This document shows, in pieces, positions 1 through 7,914 of a stretch of 44,698 bases of DNA. Below the pieces are notes generated by a model. The model saw only the letters and a program-made list of their open reading frames with translations, searched no databases and was not told the origin of the DNA. How positions within the stretch are numbered: position 1 is the stretch's first letter; each line of letters begins with the position of its first letter. Origin of the DNA: Shigella phage 1b; the sequence record OR420686; one strand, 5' to 3'. The position numbers and the translations under genes are program-made.

Positions 1-252
1 TTATTTCGTCTCCCAGCGGTCAATCGTTCTTGCTTCGGATGCAACCGCAAAGCGAACATATTCCAGATTGGAGTCTGCCCAAATATAAAAGTCGGGGTTA
101 GTAAAGGTGGTGCGCTTAATTTGCGCGGGGGTGTTACGGCGTTTATCTATTACGGCAACTCGTGACTGAAAGCTGCCGATGCGTTCGAATAGCCAATAGT
201 ACGGGCGCTGGTCGCGGGAATCCACCGCCTCAATTAGCGTGAAGCGTGCCAT
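1..252 (-). CDS. hypothetical protein (83 aa)
   Basis: Complete ORF in the track; GAGGA Shine-Dalgarno about 7 nt upstream of the ATG at 252; no motif recognised. Confidence 0.5.
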   Translation of the reverse strand: MARFTLIEAVDSRDQRPYYWLFERIGSFQSRVAVIDKRRNTPAQIKRTTFTNPDFYIWADSNLEYVRFAVASEARTIDRWETK

Positions 253-300
253 TGTCTCATCCTCTAAGAAGAGGCCCGCAGATTAGCGGGCCGGGTAATA

Positions 301-831
301 TTAGTCTTCCAGTTCGAAATAGGTTTCTACAATTTCTTTCAGATCTTTGTGGAAGTCTTCTACGTCGTCATCTTCCAGTTTAGCGATCGATTTGATCTCG
401 AACGCTTCCAGCAGGTCATCAAATTCGTCGTTCGCATCATCATCATCACCGCCTGCAATAATAGCGGCATACTGCTTGATTTCGTCGCGCATTTCTGCCA
501 GCGGATCAGCTTCTTTCTTACCTTTGCCTTTCGCTTTCTTAGTCTTCGCCGGAGCTTCTTCTTCCGCTTCGTCGTCTTCATCTTCTACTACTCCCTTCTT
601 AGCCTTACCCTTAGACTTGGTTTCTTTTGCCGCGCCTTTTTTCGTTTTAGGCGTATCTTCGACTTCGTCCTGGTCGTCGTCTTCGACTTCGGTCTCCGGC
701 TTGGCCTTGCCTTTCTTAGCAGTGCCGTTTGCTTTTGGGTCTACGGCAGCGCCAACGGTTTCATAATGTTTAGCGATGATTTCCAGTGCTACTACGCCGC
801 GAGTAATCAGGTTTACGATTTGTTCAAACAT
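301..831 (-). CDS. highly charged Lys/Asp/Glu-rich protein (176 aa)
   Basis: Track ORF 301..1059 trimmed to the internal ATG at 831 (MFEQIVNL...), which has a GGAGAT RBS; the upstream extension overlaps the predicted promoter and is not protein-like; alternating KKGKAK and DDD/EEE tracts. Confidence 0.6.
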   Translation of the reverse strand: MFEQIVNLITRGVVALEIIAKHYETVGAAVDPKANGTAKKGKAKPETEVEDDDQDEVEDTPKTKKGAAKETKSKGKAKKGVVEDEDDEAEEEAPAKTKKAKGKGKKEADPLAEMRDEIKQYAAIIAGGDDDDANDEFDDLLEAFEIKSIAKLEDDDVEDFHKDLKEIVETYFELED

Positions 832-1027
832 GGTATATCTCCGATTGGTTAAGTTTAGGTGTCGGCAGTTAACTTCGTCGGTGGCCTTAACATATTGCCT
901 GGTTACGCGTTCTCCCGTTCGGGTAGTGGACCAGGTTATATAATCACGGTTGGGAATCCTGACACTTCGATCCGGCCCCTGCGTTGCCCCTCTCCAGTTT
1001 GCGTCCTGCATCCTGTCGACGGAGTGA

Positions 1028-1056
1028 ATATTAGATTGGTTGCATGAGGGAGTCAA
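1028..1056 (-). promoter_or_regulatory. sigma70-like promoter (TTGACT-N17-TAATAT) reading leftwards toward the 831 gene
   Basis: Hexamers read on the reverse complement; an ATTGGTTGCA motif lies in the spacer. Confidence 0.4.
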
Positions 1057-1065
1057 CAACTAATT

Positions 1066-1101
1066 TAAAAAAAAAGCGCCGAAGCAAAATGCGACGGCGC
1101 T
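1066..1101 (-). terminator. rho-independent terminator-like hairpin with a 9-nt U tract on the minus strand
   Basis: agcgccg...cggcgct stem preceded on the plus strand by A9, so followed by U9 on the minus strand. Confidence 0.4.
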
Positions 1102-1171
1102 AACCAATAAGAGACAATGAGACGGGGATTATTATTACACGCGTGCGCGCCTGTTTCAATATCCAAAGGAT

Positions 1172-1200
1172 TTGACACCTTGCGGTTTTAGGTGTAGTTT
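1172..1200 (+). promoter_or_regulatory. sigma70-like promoter (TTGACA-N17-TAGTTT) for the rightward early operon
   Basis: Perfect -35 hexamer, 17-nt spacer, about 30 nt upstream of the ATG at 1232. Confidence 0.45.
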
Positions 1201-1231
1201 CATTGGTCATTAACCAACTGGGGACAGAACA

Positions 1232-1561
1232 ATGAATGTAAACGACGCAATCGAAATGTTAACTAAGACTGTTTGCAGTGAGACTAGCCGGTCCTGGGCG
1301 TATACCGATGCCGTGGGTGCGGTGCTATTTGAAATCGAACGTCTGCGCAGTGTAGAAAAAGAATTGCGCGCGAAGCTGGAATTACTCAACGGTACTGCAG
1401 CAAGCAAGCTGCAAAAGCACAATGAAGAAATGGAAGAATACAAAAAGCAGGTTATCCGTTTGCGCGCCGAGGGAAAATCCTGGGCGATGATTGCCGAGTT
1501 GACCGGAATTAATCAGAGCACAGTGCGCTCCTGGGTCCGCAATAATAAAACTTCTAAGTAA
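1232..1561 (+). CDS. helix-turn-helix DNA-binding protein (109 aa), putative transcriptional regulator
   Basis: C-terminal HTH-like segment GKSWAMIAELTGINQSTVRSWVRN; N-terminal coiled-coil-like region; first gene after the divergent promoter region. Confidence 0.6.
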   Translation: MNVNDAIEMLTKTVCSETSRSWAYTDAVGAVLFEIERLRSVEKELRAKLELLNGTAASKLQKHNEEMEEYKKQVIRLRAEGKSWAMIAELTGINQSTVRSWVRNNKTSK

Positions 1562-1571
1562 GGCCACGGCA

Positions 1572-3836
1572 ATGAGCTTAATTAAATTCGCTGTAACACG
1601 ACCCGCTAAAAAAGGCGAAAAAGCCAGGGCGGAAAACTTCCAGATGACCACCGAAGAGTTTTTCGAATTTATCAATGACGCGAAAGAAATCTCATCGGTG
1701 CACATCAACAAGACCGAGGATAAAGCCGAGTATGCGCGCCGCAAGCGTAAGGCCGATGGCATCGTAGCGTATACCAGTGACGGCTTACGCCGCAAGACCA
1801 GTGCGGTGGACCGCTCGATCCTGTTCTTCGATATTGACCGTACCGACACCCGCACCCTACGCCGCTGCCGTAAGGCTTTCATCGACGCGGGTCTGGAACA
1901 CGTATTTCACACCACAACCGGCGACCGCCACCCACTGAAAGGCGGCACGCGTTGCGCTCGCTTCCTGGTACTCACTGACAAGCCTGTACCGGCTGAAGAC
2001 CTGGGCCGTGTCCAGTATGCGCTATTACACCAACTTGGGCTGTCAGATGTGGACTTCGACGATTGCACGAAAGACACAAACCGCCTGATGTACCTGCCAC
2101 ACCAGCAGTCTGTAATAAAGTGTCACTACGGCAAACGTGCCCGCGTCCGTCGTCTGCTTCGCCTGGCGGATAAGTTGGGCGTGGAGAAAGAGGAAGTACG
2201 CCGCGAGCTTACCCAGGGCGACGACGCAGTGGCGGACGGGATTCTGGACTGGTGCTTCCAGGCAGGATTCGAGGAGTTATCTTCCGGTCGCGGTTATGAA
2301 GTGCCGTGCCCTAACGAACACCTGCACAGCGGCGAAGGGTCCACCGCCATAATGGTCAAGGATGGTGAGATCCGTTTCAAGTGTATGCACTCCGGCAACG
2401 AGTGTTGCTCGGAGCTGAACAGACACCAGCACCTGGCGCTGCGTCTTATCGGGATTCCGGACCACCTGAACGTCGAGCCACACAATATGTCCCGTAAGCA
2501 AATCGCCGCCATCCTTCCGGGACTGGACGACGAGGAAGTGGAGTCGTGCTATGAACATATTGTTGATGCGGTTGGCGACGGCGAAGAATACGGCGTGTGC
2601 ACCGATGCGGATCTGGATAACGAGCCGGTTGCGCTGTTCAGTAAGCACGACCCGATTATCGAGGGGTTGATTAACTTCAAATCGACCTGGTATATGGCGG
2701 GTGAGTCGAATATCGGTAAGTCTTTCTACGTGCTGGGTCAAATGGGCGCGGTCGCCGCGGGTATTCCGTTCGGCGGCGCGAAGGTCGTCCAGTCTCATTG
2801 CTTCTATTTCGACGCGGAAGGTGGTGAAGCCTCCAACCAGCGCAAAGAAGCATTGCAGATTAAATATGAGCACGACCTCGACAAGCTGCACATTATCGAT
2901 CTGCAATCTCGCGGCTGGGATATCACCAGCAAATCTGGCTTGCGCGAAGTTATCAGCTTTATCAACCGCACGGCTAACGGCGAGCCGGTTGGCCTGGTGG
3001 CGTTCGACTCACTCAACCAGACTGTCGCGCTGCGCTCCGCCGAGGCTAAACCGTTCGACGAGAACAACGCCAGCGATATGGGTGAAGTGGTCAAAGCGCT
3101 GAAGGCCATCGCGGAGAACACAGGCGGCAGTGCGGGCGTCATCCACCACCCGGCGAAAGGTGCAAACGGCAGCAGAACCCCACGCGGGTCCGGCGCGCTG
3201 CATGGTGCTGTCGATTCCGCTTTCTTCCTGGAACAGCCGGACGACAACCAGCCGGGTCAATTGAACCTGTATCACGAAAAGTCACGTAACGGCATCAAGC
3301 AAGCGCCGCGTGGCTTCGTCCTGCTCAAGTGCAAGGTTAAGGTGGATCTCCGCAAGTCAGAGGCGTTCGAGGCGCACCAGTCCACCAGCACCGGGCCAGA
3401 CTTCGGCGACGTGGTTGCCGGTTGGGACGTCAAGCCAATTGCCGCCACACCACGCGACGAGACTCTGTACCTCGTACCGGTCGCCCTGGCGCCGTTCGCC
3501 ATCGAACAGGCGAAGGCAGCAGGCAAGGCCGCGGTTAAGGAAGAGAACACCGCCGGACCGCGCAACGAAAAAGAGAAAGTGCTTTATGCGGCACTGGAAA
3601 AACTGATGGAAGATAACCCGGACCATACTGGATTCAGTAAATCGGCAATTGTCCGCCAGGCTGGGCTGGCAAAAGGTGGCACGTCGACGAAGGCAATCGA
3701 CGATATGGTCGAGCGCGGAGTGATAGGTTTTTACACCGATCCGCACACCGGGGCCATCTATGGGTCGTCTAATTTGGTCATCAAATCGGATATCCCCATC
3801 ACGCTTTCAGCGACCGATGACGATTTAAAAGATTAA
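1572..3836 (+). CDS. primase-polymerase (AEP-like) fused to a RecA-like helicase/ATPase (754 aa)
   Basis: N-terminal ILFFDIDRTD (hhhDhD-type) and FHTTTGDRH motifs; Cys/His zinc-binding cluster CPNEHLHSGEG...CMHSGNECC; Walker A GESNIGKS and Walker B-like LVAFDSLNQ. Confidence 0.75.
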   Translation: MSLIKFAVTRPAKKGEKARAENFQMTTEEFFEFINDAKEISSVHINKTEDKAEYARRKRKADGIVAYTSDGLRRKTSAVDRSILFFDIDRTDTRTLRRCRKAFIDAGLEHVFHTTTGDRHPLKGGTRCARFLVLTDKPVPAEDLGRVQYALLHQLGLSDVDFDDCTKDTNRLMYLPHQQSVIKCHYGKRARVRRLLRLADKLGVEKEEVRRELTQGDDAVADGILDWCFQAGFEELSSGRGYEVPCPNEHLHSGEGSTAIMVKDGEIRFKCMHSGNECCSELNRHQHLALRLIGIPDHLNVEPHNMSRKQIAAILPGLDDEEVESCYEHIVDAVGDGEEYGVCTDADLDNEPVALFSKHDPIIEGLINFKSTWYMAGESNIGKSFYVLGQMGAVAAGIPFGGAKVVQSHCFYFDAEGGEASNQRKEALQIKYEHDLDKLHIIDLQSRGWDITSKSGLREVISFINRTANGEPVGLVAFDSLNQTVALRSAEAKPFDENNASDMGEVVKALKAIAENTGGSAGVIHHPAKGANGSRTPRGSGALHGAVDSAFFLEQPDDNQPGQLNLYHEKSRNGIKQAPRGFVLLKCKVKVDLRKSEAFEAHQSTSTGPDFGDVVAGWDVKPIAATPRDETLYLVPVALAPFAIEQAKAAGKAAVKEENTAGPRNEKEKVLYAALEKLMEDNPDHTGFSKSAIVRQAGLAKGGTSTKAIDDMVERGVIGFYTDPHTGAIYGSSNLVIKSDIPITLSATDDDLKD

Positions 3837-3845
3837 ATTCTGCGC

Positions 3846-3946
3846 GCATTGGTTGCCATTATGGGAATCCCCATATCGGTAAATGATTAAATTTTGCGCG
3901 CATTGGTTGCCATTTTGCGGGCTTTTAGGTGGTCGCATTGGTTGCC
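3846..3946. repeat. three direct copies of GCATTGGTTGCC (3846, 3900, 3935), with an inverted copy at 4218-4229
   Basis: Read directly; the first two copies sit in a ~25 bp direct repeat aaatt(c/t)tgcgcgcattggttgccatt. Confidence 0.7.
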
Positions 3947-3996
3947 GTGTAGTGTAGATATAGTGAATAGTTATGCAATAAAACTGCATAAACTAA

Positions 3997-4098
3997 GCGG
4001 GACAAAAAGCGGGACAAACAAGGAGCGGGACAAAGCGGGACAGCACCCCTGTCCCGCCCCGGATGACGCGGCCTGGCGGGGAGCGGGACAGCGGGACA
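3997..4098. repeat. iteron-like array of GCGGGACA (six direct copies plus one inverted copy forming a palindrome)
   Basis: Copies at about 3997, 4009, 4025, 4035, 4083, 4091; inverted tgtcccgc at 4050. Confidence 0.75.
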
Positions 4099-4103
4099 GC
4101 ACC

Positions 4104-4160
4104 CCAGTCTTTCAGACTAGACGGGGGGTCTGGCACCCCCCTCGTCTGAGACTGCATAAA
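4104..4160. repeat. GC-rich stem-loop element ending in ctgcataa, copy A
   Basis: cagtctttcagactagacgggggg-tctggca-cccccctcgtctgagactgcataa; near-identical copy at 21390-21446. Confidence 0.7.
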
Positions 4161-4313
4161 ATCCAGTATTGCATAACGCACGGCAGCATGATGCGGATTG
4201 CGGTCGTCGATGAACTAGGCAACCAATGCGAGTTGCAGAATGGTGGGTGAGAAATGCAGTTTGCAGTCACAGCAGATAGCGATCAACTTTTTCATGCGCG
4301 TGATTAATATTGG

Positions 4314-4342
4314 TTGCGTTCGGCAAGGCGCCCTGCTATATT
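4314..4342 (+). promoter_or_regulatory. sigma70-like promoter (TTGCGT-N17-TATATT) followed by the conserved block TATATTGGTTGCACACCAAC
   Basis: Hexamers read directly; the same 20-bp block recurs in reverse at about 15527-15546 upstream of the minus-strand gene starting at 15505. Confidence 0.45.
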
Positions 4343-4370
4343 GGTTGCACACCAACATGAGGGCCGAACA

Positions 4371-4676
4371 ATGAAAGCGATTATCTGGAATTACACAATT
4401 GCGGTAGCAAAGCTGGACGAAGCGAAGGCACTAAACGGCAACGTAGACTCGGCGCTTCAGGTCGCGATACTGGCGCATCAATCACTTCGCAGCGCGCTTT
4501 ATGGTATGGGCGCCAGCATGGACGAACTGAGGCCGTTGCGTAAGGCCATCCATGCATACGCGCAGGCATTCTCCCGCGAGCGCCTGGCGTATCGCTTCGG
4601 GATCGGTGAGACGGCACTGACAAACGTCGCCCGGATTAAAGCCCAGCGCGAACTATTCGCCCAGCTTGCGAAATAA
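4371..4676 (+). CDS. hypothetical protein (101 aa)
   Basis: Track ORF trimmed to the ATG at 4371, which has a GAGGG RBS. Confidence 0.55.
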   Translation: MKAIIWNYTIAVAKLDEAKALNGNVDSALQVAILAHQSLRSALYGMGASMDELRPLRKAIHAYAQAFSRERLAYRFGIGETALTNVARIKAQRELFAQLAK

Positions 4677-4685
4677 GGGGCCAAA

Positions 4686-4955
4686 ATGAGCCGTAGGCGA
4701 GCTAAACAGCTTTCGTGGCATATTCCCCTGCATTGCATACGAATATGGGCTAAGAATGCGAATGAGGGCGATTCTGTGTTCTGGTGCTACCGCGATGAGG
4801 TGAAGCCATTAACGCAGACTCGCTACTTGCACCAGTTCGCCAGGGAGCATGGGTTAGCCATAAAAACGTCCTTGCAACCAATGGGGATCCGTATTACATT
4901 ACGCCGGAAGCCCGCCGTTGAGCGGGCGGGCAAACACTGGAGACTGAGCAAATGA
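4686..4955 (+). CDS. hypothetical protein (89 aa)
   Basis: ORF with AAGGGG RBS; tightly packed in the operon. Confidence 0.5.
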   Translation: MSRRRAKQLSWHIPLHCIRIWAKNANEGDSVFWCYRDEVKPLTQTRYLHQFAREHGLAIKTSLQPMGIRITLRRKPAVERAGKHWRLSK

Positions 4956-5140
4956 TGATTAGGCTAAGCGACCAGGTGACAGACTCCGAGCTTGCGGAGT
5001 GGATCGCCGAAGGGCGTGTCAGTTATCGTTACGGGCCGCAGGTATGGGCTATTAAGCGCTGCCGTTGTGACATGCGCCCGCATAACGTGCGCAAGTTTAT
5101 ACGCAAGCATGGGGTATTTCTGGAGGCCGAGAAATGTTAA
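4952..5140 (+). CDS. hypothetical protein (62 aa)
   Basis: ATGA start/stop overlap with the upstream gene; GGAG RBS. Confidence 0.45.
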   Translation: MMIRLSDQVTDSELAEWIAEGRVSYRYGPQVWAIKRCRCDMRPHNVRKFIRKHGVFLEAEKC

Positions 5141-5264
5141 TCGGCGGATTCTCGCAGGAGTTTATCTACCTGCACATGTGCGTACTTGACTACGAACAAA
5201 ACGGCATCGCTACGGTGTGCGATGGCGACACGAAGACTATCGAAGAGATCGAGGAGACAGAGCA

Positions 5265-5822
5265 ATGGAATTACTATTCCGCCGCAAGCATGACGGCAAA
5301 ATCCTGAAGCCGATTCAGACCCTGGATTCCTACGTCCGCTTACAAAACGCGGCAGGAAGTCGGGTCTGGTGGGCGAAGAAAGACGGGCTGTATGAAAACT
5401 TTGACGTACTGACCCACGATATCGAGCGCGGCGATGTGCTGCGTGATATCCGCGACGGTAGTATGTGGATCGTTGAATATGTCGGACTTCATGGCCTGCG
5501 TATGCAATCCCGCAAGGATGGCGTAGCTGGTATGACTTACTTCGGGCTGGTCAACTATGAGCGAGTGGGCCGAAAATACAGCCTACGCGAACGTCAGCCG
5601 CATGAGCGCGTTGAGTTCCGCAAGTCACAGCCAGCCTACGCAACCTACGACGCCCACCAGGTGCAGGCGAAGATGAAACGCGCCGCACACGAAATCGTCA
5701 ATCGCTTTGATGCCGTGACGAACGCACAACGCCATGCGCAGGAATACGGCGTTGGATTCATCCGGGTGGAACAGGACGGCAGCATGAAGGCCATAGACCC
5801 GCGCTCGGTGATTCTGAAATGA
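5265..5822 (+). CDS. hypothetical protein (185 aa)
   Basis: Track ORF trimmed to the ATG at 5265, preceded by GAGGAG at spacing about 8. Confidence 0.55.
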   Translation: MELLFRRKHDGKILKPIQTLDSYVRLQNAAGSRVWWAKKDGLYENFDVLTHDIERGDVLRDIRDGSMWIVEYVGLHGLRMQSRKDGVAGMTYFGLVNYERVGRKYSLRERQPHERVEFRKSQPAYATYDAHQVQAKMKRAAHEIVNRFDAVTNAQRHAQEYGVGFIRVEQDGSMKAIDPRSVILK

Positions 5823-5943
5823 GTGCGACAATCCGTGATATGCTCATGCACAACCGATTTGAGATAGGCGGTCGGGTGTTTCGCAATTACTTCGTGGCGC
5901 GTGCATGGGCGCGCCATATTGGCAAACCGGAAGGGGCAATACG

Positions 5944-6255
5944 ATGTTACACGATTTGATATATTGGTTTGGGTGGGCCAGCATGTTATGCCTGGTTACG
6001 GGAGTGCTGGGCGCAATATGGGTATTCCTGATATGGCCTGCAGTGGAAGCCGCCAGCATTACCCGCATGACGTTCGAGATATACAAGCGCCGCGGCATAA
6101 CGGAGCACCCTACCAGGCTGCGCATGTGGTGGCTGTGGTATCGGGATATGATAGGCGGTCGGACATTCGAAGCCGTCCGCTCATCCGGGTGGGAGTGGAA
6201 AGGCGTCTCCGGGTGGGAGTGGAAAGGCGTCGGCAAGTGGTCCATTTTCGATTAA
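5944..6255 (+). CDS. small membrane protein (103 aa) with internal tandem repeat SGWEWKGV x2
   Basis: Hydrophobic N-terminal helix; GGAAGGGG RBS; 24-bp perfect tandem duplication at about 6185-6232. Confidence 0.55.
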   Translation: MLHDLIYWFGWASMLCLVTGVLGAIWVFLIWPAVEAASITRMTFEIYKRRGITEHPTRLRMWWLWYRDMIGGRTFEAVRSSGWEWKGVSGWEWKGVGKWSIFD

Positions 6256-6278
6256 TTATGCAAGCGTGATATAGTCCC

Positions 6279-6306
6279 AGTGAGCTAAAACTTACTGGGA
6301 CTTTTT
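6279..6306 (+). terminator. rho-independent terminator
   Basis: agtcccagt / actgggact stem followed by TTTTTT. Confidence 0.5.
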
Positions 6307-6307
6307 T

Positions 6308-6598
6308 ATGGATAAGCTAAACGAGTGGTTATTCGCCCTTGCGTGCCTTGCTGGTGGCTTCGTAGGCGCACGCATTCATGGCGAGGCAACGAAAGGGCCG
6401 CTAAACTTCGTTTTATACATCGTGGTTGGCTTCCTGTGTGCCATATTTGGTGCGCCAGCTATCGCCGAGTGGGCGGGCTTATCGGGCGAGCGCACTGTCG
6501 CCGGTTTGGGCTTCGTAACTGCTATCTTCTGGATGCCAATAGCCGCCCGGATCAGGGAGACTATTGAGTCGTTCCGACTTCCGGGGGGCGCAAAATGA
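6308..6598 (+). CDS. putative holin (96 aa, multiple transmembrane segments)
   Basis: Hydrophobic helices, charged C-terminus, directly upstream of the endolysin gene. Confidence 0.5.
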   Translation: MDKLNEWLFALACLAGGFVGARIHGEATKGPLNFVLYIVVGFLCAIFGAPAIAEWAGLSGERTVAGLGFVTAIFWMPIAARIRETIESFRLPGGAK

Positions 6599-6840
6599 TT
6601 ATCACCGTCCTGTTGTTTGTTATCATAGGGGCTTCGTCCCTGTTTAACGTGTATGCGCCGTCCGTCCAGGATGGCATTTTAGGCCGGGTGTTATATCTGC
6701 TAACGGCGATGATCTGCGTTGTCGGATTGTTGCAAACAGGAGACGTATCTGACACCACCTGGACCGCGTTAATCTGGCTGTTTGCATTGCGCACGCTGCG
6801 TAATGCTGTTTTGAATGGGGTAAAACATGCGATTCAGTGA
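6595..6840 (+). CDS. membrane protein (81 aa), holin or antiholin-like
   Basis: Three hydrophobic segments; overlaps both the putative holin and the endolysin gene. Confidence 0.45.
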   Translation: MIITVLLFVIIGASSLFNVYAPSVQDGILGRVLYLLTAMICVVGLLQTGDVSDTTWTALIWLFALRTLRNAVLNGVKHAIQ

Positions 6841-7318
6841 CAACGGTCTACGATTTACGGCAGCATGGGAGCAATTCAGCCCAGTGCCGTATTTCGCGAC
6901 TAAGAAAGAGCAGGCCCGCGGCCTGTACACCTGGGGTTATGGTCACACCGGCACTAATCCGCCGCGGAGCATTACCCGAGCGGAAGCGCTGGAGCTACTT
7001 AAGCGAGATGTGGCATATGCCGAAAACTGGGTAAACAAGTACGCACACCCGAGCATCAATCAGGCGCAATTCGACGCGCTGGTGGACCTGGTCATCAATG
7101 CTGGCCCGGGTCCGATCATGCCGGACAACATTGCCAACGACTTTGACGATGCGGTGCGACTGGGTGACTGGGCGAAGGTCCGTGCTACTCTGCCGCAGTT
7201 CCGCAAGCAAGGCGGGGAAGTGCTGAAGGGTCTTGTACGCCGTGCAATCGGCAGACAGGCGTTGTTTGACGGTAAGCAGTGGGACGTTGCCGAGCGAATC
7301 GGGCGTAACGCGGCATAA
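6827..7318 (+). CDS. endolysin, T4/P22-type lysozyme (glycoside hydrolase family 24-like)
   Basis: WEQF...GLYTWGYGHTG and NQAQFDALVDLVINAG match phage lysozyme motifs (compare P22 gp19 IGVGHTG, NQNQYDAL). Confidence 0.8.
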   Translation: MRFSDNGLRFTAAWEQFSPVPYFATKKEQARGLYTWGYGHTGTNPPRSITRAEALELLKRDVAYAENWVNKYAHPSINQAQFDALVDLVINAGPGPIMPDNIANDFDDAVRLGDWAKVRATLPQFRKQGGEVLKGLVRRAIGRQALFDGKQWDVAERIGRNAA

Positions 7319-7334
7319 TACGAGGTAACACAGT

Positions 7335-7502
7335 ATGTTAAAAAGCATTCTTGATCATAACGCTGACGCGCTCGCCGCGCTGGCTAAAACCGAAGACCCT
7401 GGCGCACGCGCTATCATCGCGGACACTATCAGCCATGCAGGCGTCTTTGACGCGAAGCTGCCGAGTCCGCCACCGCCGGAAGAACCCGGCCCCGCAGCGT
7501 AA
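7335..7502 (+). CDS. small hypothetical protein (55 aa, Pro-rich C-terminus); below the track length cutoff
   Basis: ATG with GAGG RBS directly after the endolysin gene; a terminator follows. Confidence 0.3.
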   Translation: MLKSILDHNADALAALAKTEDPGARAIIADTISHAGVFDAKLPSPPPPEEPGPAA

Positions 7503-7509
7503 ACAATCA

Positions 7510-7534
7510 AGCCCGGAATTATCCGGGCTTTTTA
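7510..7534 (+). terminator. rho-independent terminator
   Basis: gcccggaattatccgggc hairpin followed by TTTTT. Confidence 0.6.
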
Positions 7535-7538
7535 TTGC

Positions 7539-7568
7539 TTGACTTGCAACCAACACAGGGGCCATACT
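7539..7568 (+). promoter_or_regulatory. sigma70-like promoter (TTGACT, 17-18 nt spacer, CATACT) flanked by two TGCAACCAA motifs
   Basis: Read directly; about 30 nt upstream of a GAGGAG RBS. Confidence 0.4.
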
Positions 7569-7597
7569 GCAACCAATCAACGAGAGGAGTAAACAAG

Positions 7598-7687
7598 ATG
7601 GCACGTAAAGATGTTTGGGTATTGGCAATCTGGACCACCGCGGCTTTTATCGGCATGGTTATTTGTGAGGTGATGTATGGCTTTTAA
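7598..7687 (+). CDS. small hydrophobic peptide (29 aa); below the track cutoff
   Basis: ATG with GAGGAG RBS at ideal spacing; encodes MARKDVWVLAIWTTAAFIGMVICEVMYGF. Confidence 0.35.
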   Translation: MARKDVWVLAIWTTAAFIGMVICEVMYGF

Positions 7688-7850
7688 ACCGCAGCGTGAT
7701 TCCCGCCCTATGGCGGACAGACCGAAGGATATCCAGATGGAGGCGTCATTCATCCAGGGGCTATCATTCCTCACTAAAAAAGAGCAGGGGAAAGTAATGG
7801 GTGAGTTCCGCCGCGTATTGGCGGAATTCAAGCAGCAAGACGCAGAATAG
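7677..7850 (+). CDS. small hypothetical protein (57 aa); below the track cutoff
   Basis: Start overlaps the preceding peptide gene; GAGGTGA RBS. Confidence 0.3.
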   Translation: MAFKPQRDSRPMADRPKDIQMEASFIQGLSFLTKKEQGKVMGEFRRVLAEFKQQDAE

Positions 7851-7914
7851 TGCCTCGCCGCCATACGGACCGTGATATATTGTCCACGGTCCACTAATCA
7901 GGAATTAATTAAAT

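Noticed and set aside
347-852. Plus-strand ORFs 347..766 and 349..852 (Ser- and Phe-rich)
   Set aside because: Antisense translation of the repetitive Lys/Asp/Glu codons of the 301..831 gene; the same applies to 42071..42544, 42078..42266 and 42100..42450 opposite the SSB-like tail.
960-1010. Possible tRNA (TTCGATCC resembling a T-loop) in the 5' leader of the leftward operon
   Set aside because: No acceptor-stem or anticodon-arm pairing could be built around it and there is no CCA-compatible 3' end; no convincing tRNA, rRNA or tmRNA was seen anywhere in the window.
301-1059. Full-length track ORF 301..1059 as the real extent of the charged protein
   Set aside because: The extra 76 N-terminal codons overlap the predicted promoter and terminator region, are Arg-rich and not protein-like, and the internal ATG at 831 has a much better RBS.
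3997-4098. Possible CRISPR array (regular short direct repeats)
   Set aside because: Repeat units are only 8-10 bp with 1-8 bp spacers and mixed orientation, far from CRISPR repeat/spacer dimensions; no cas genes are present.
3894-4250. ORFs 3894..4250 (+) and 3993..4181 (-) in the repeat-rich region after the primase gene
   Set aside because: They are translations of the GCGGGACA array and GC-rich hairpin, with no RBS and Arg/Pro/Gly low-complexity products; the region is better explained as non-coding repeats.
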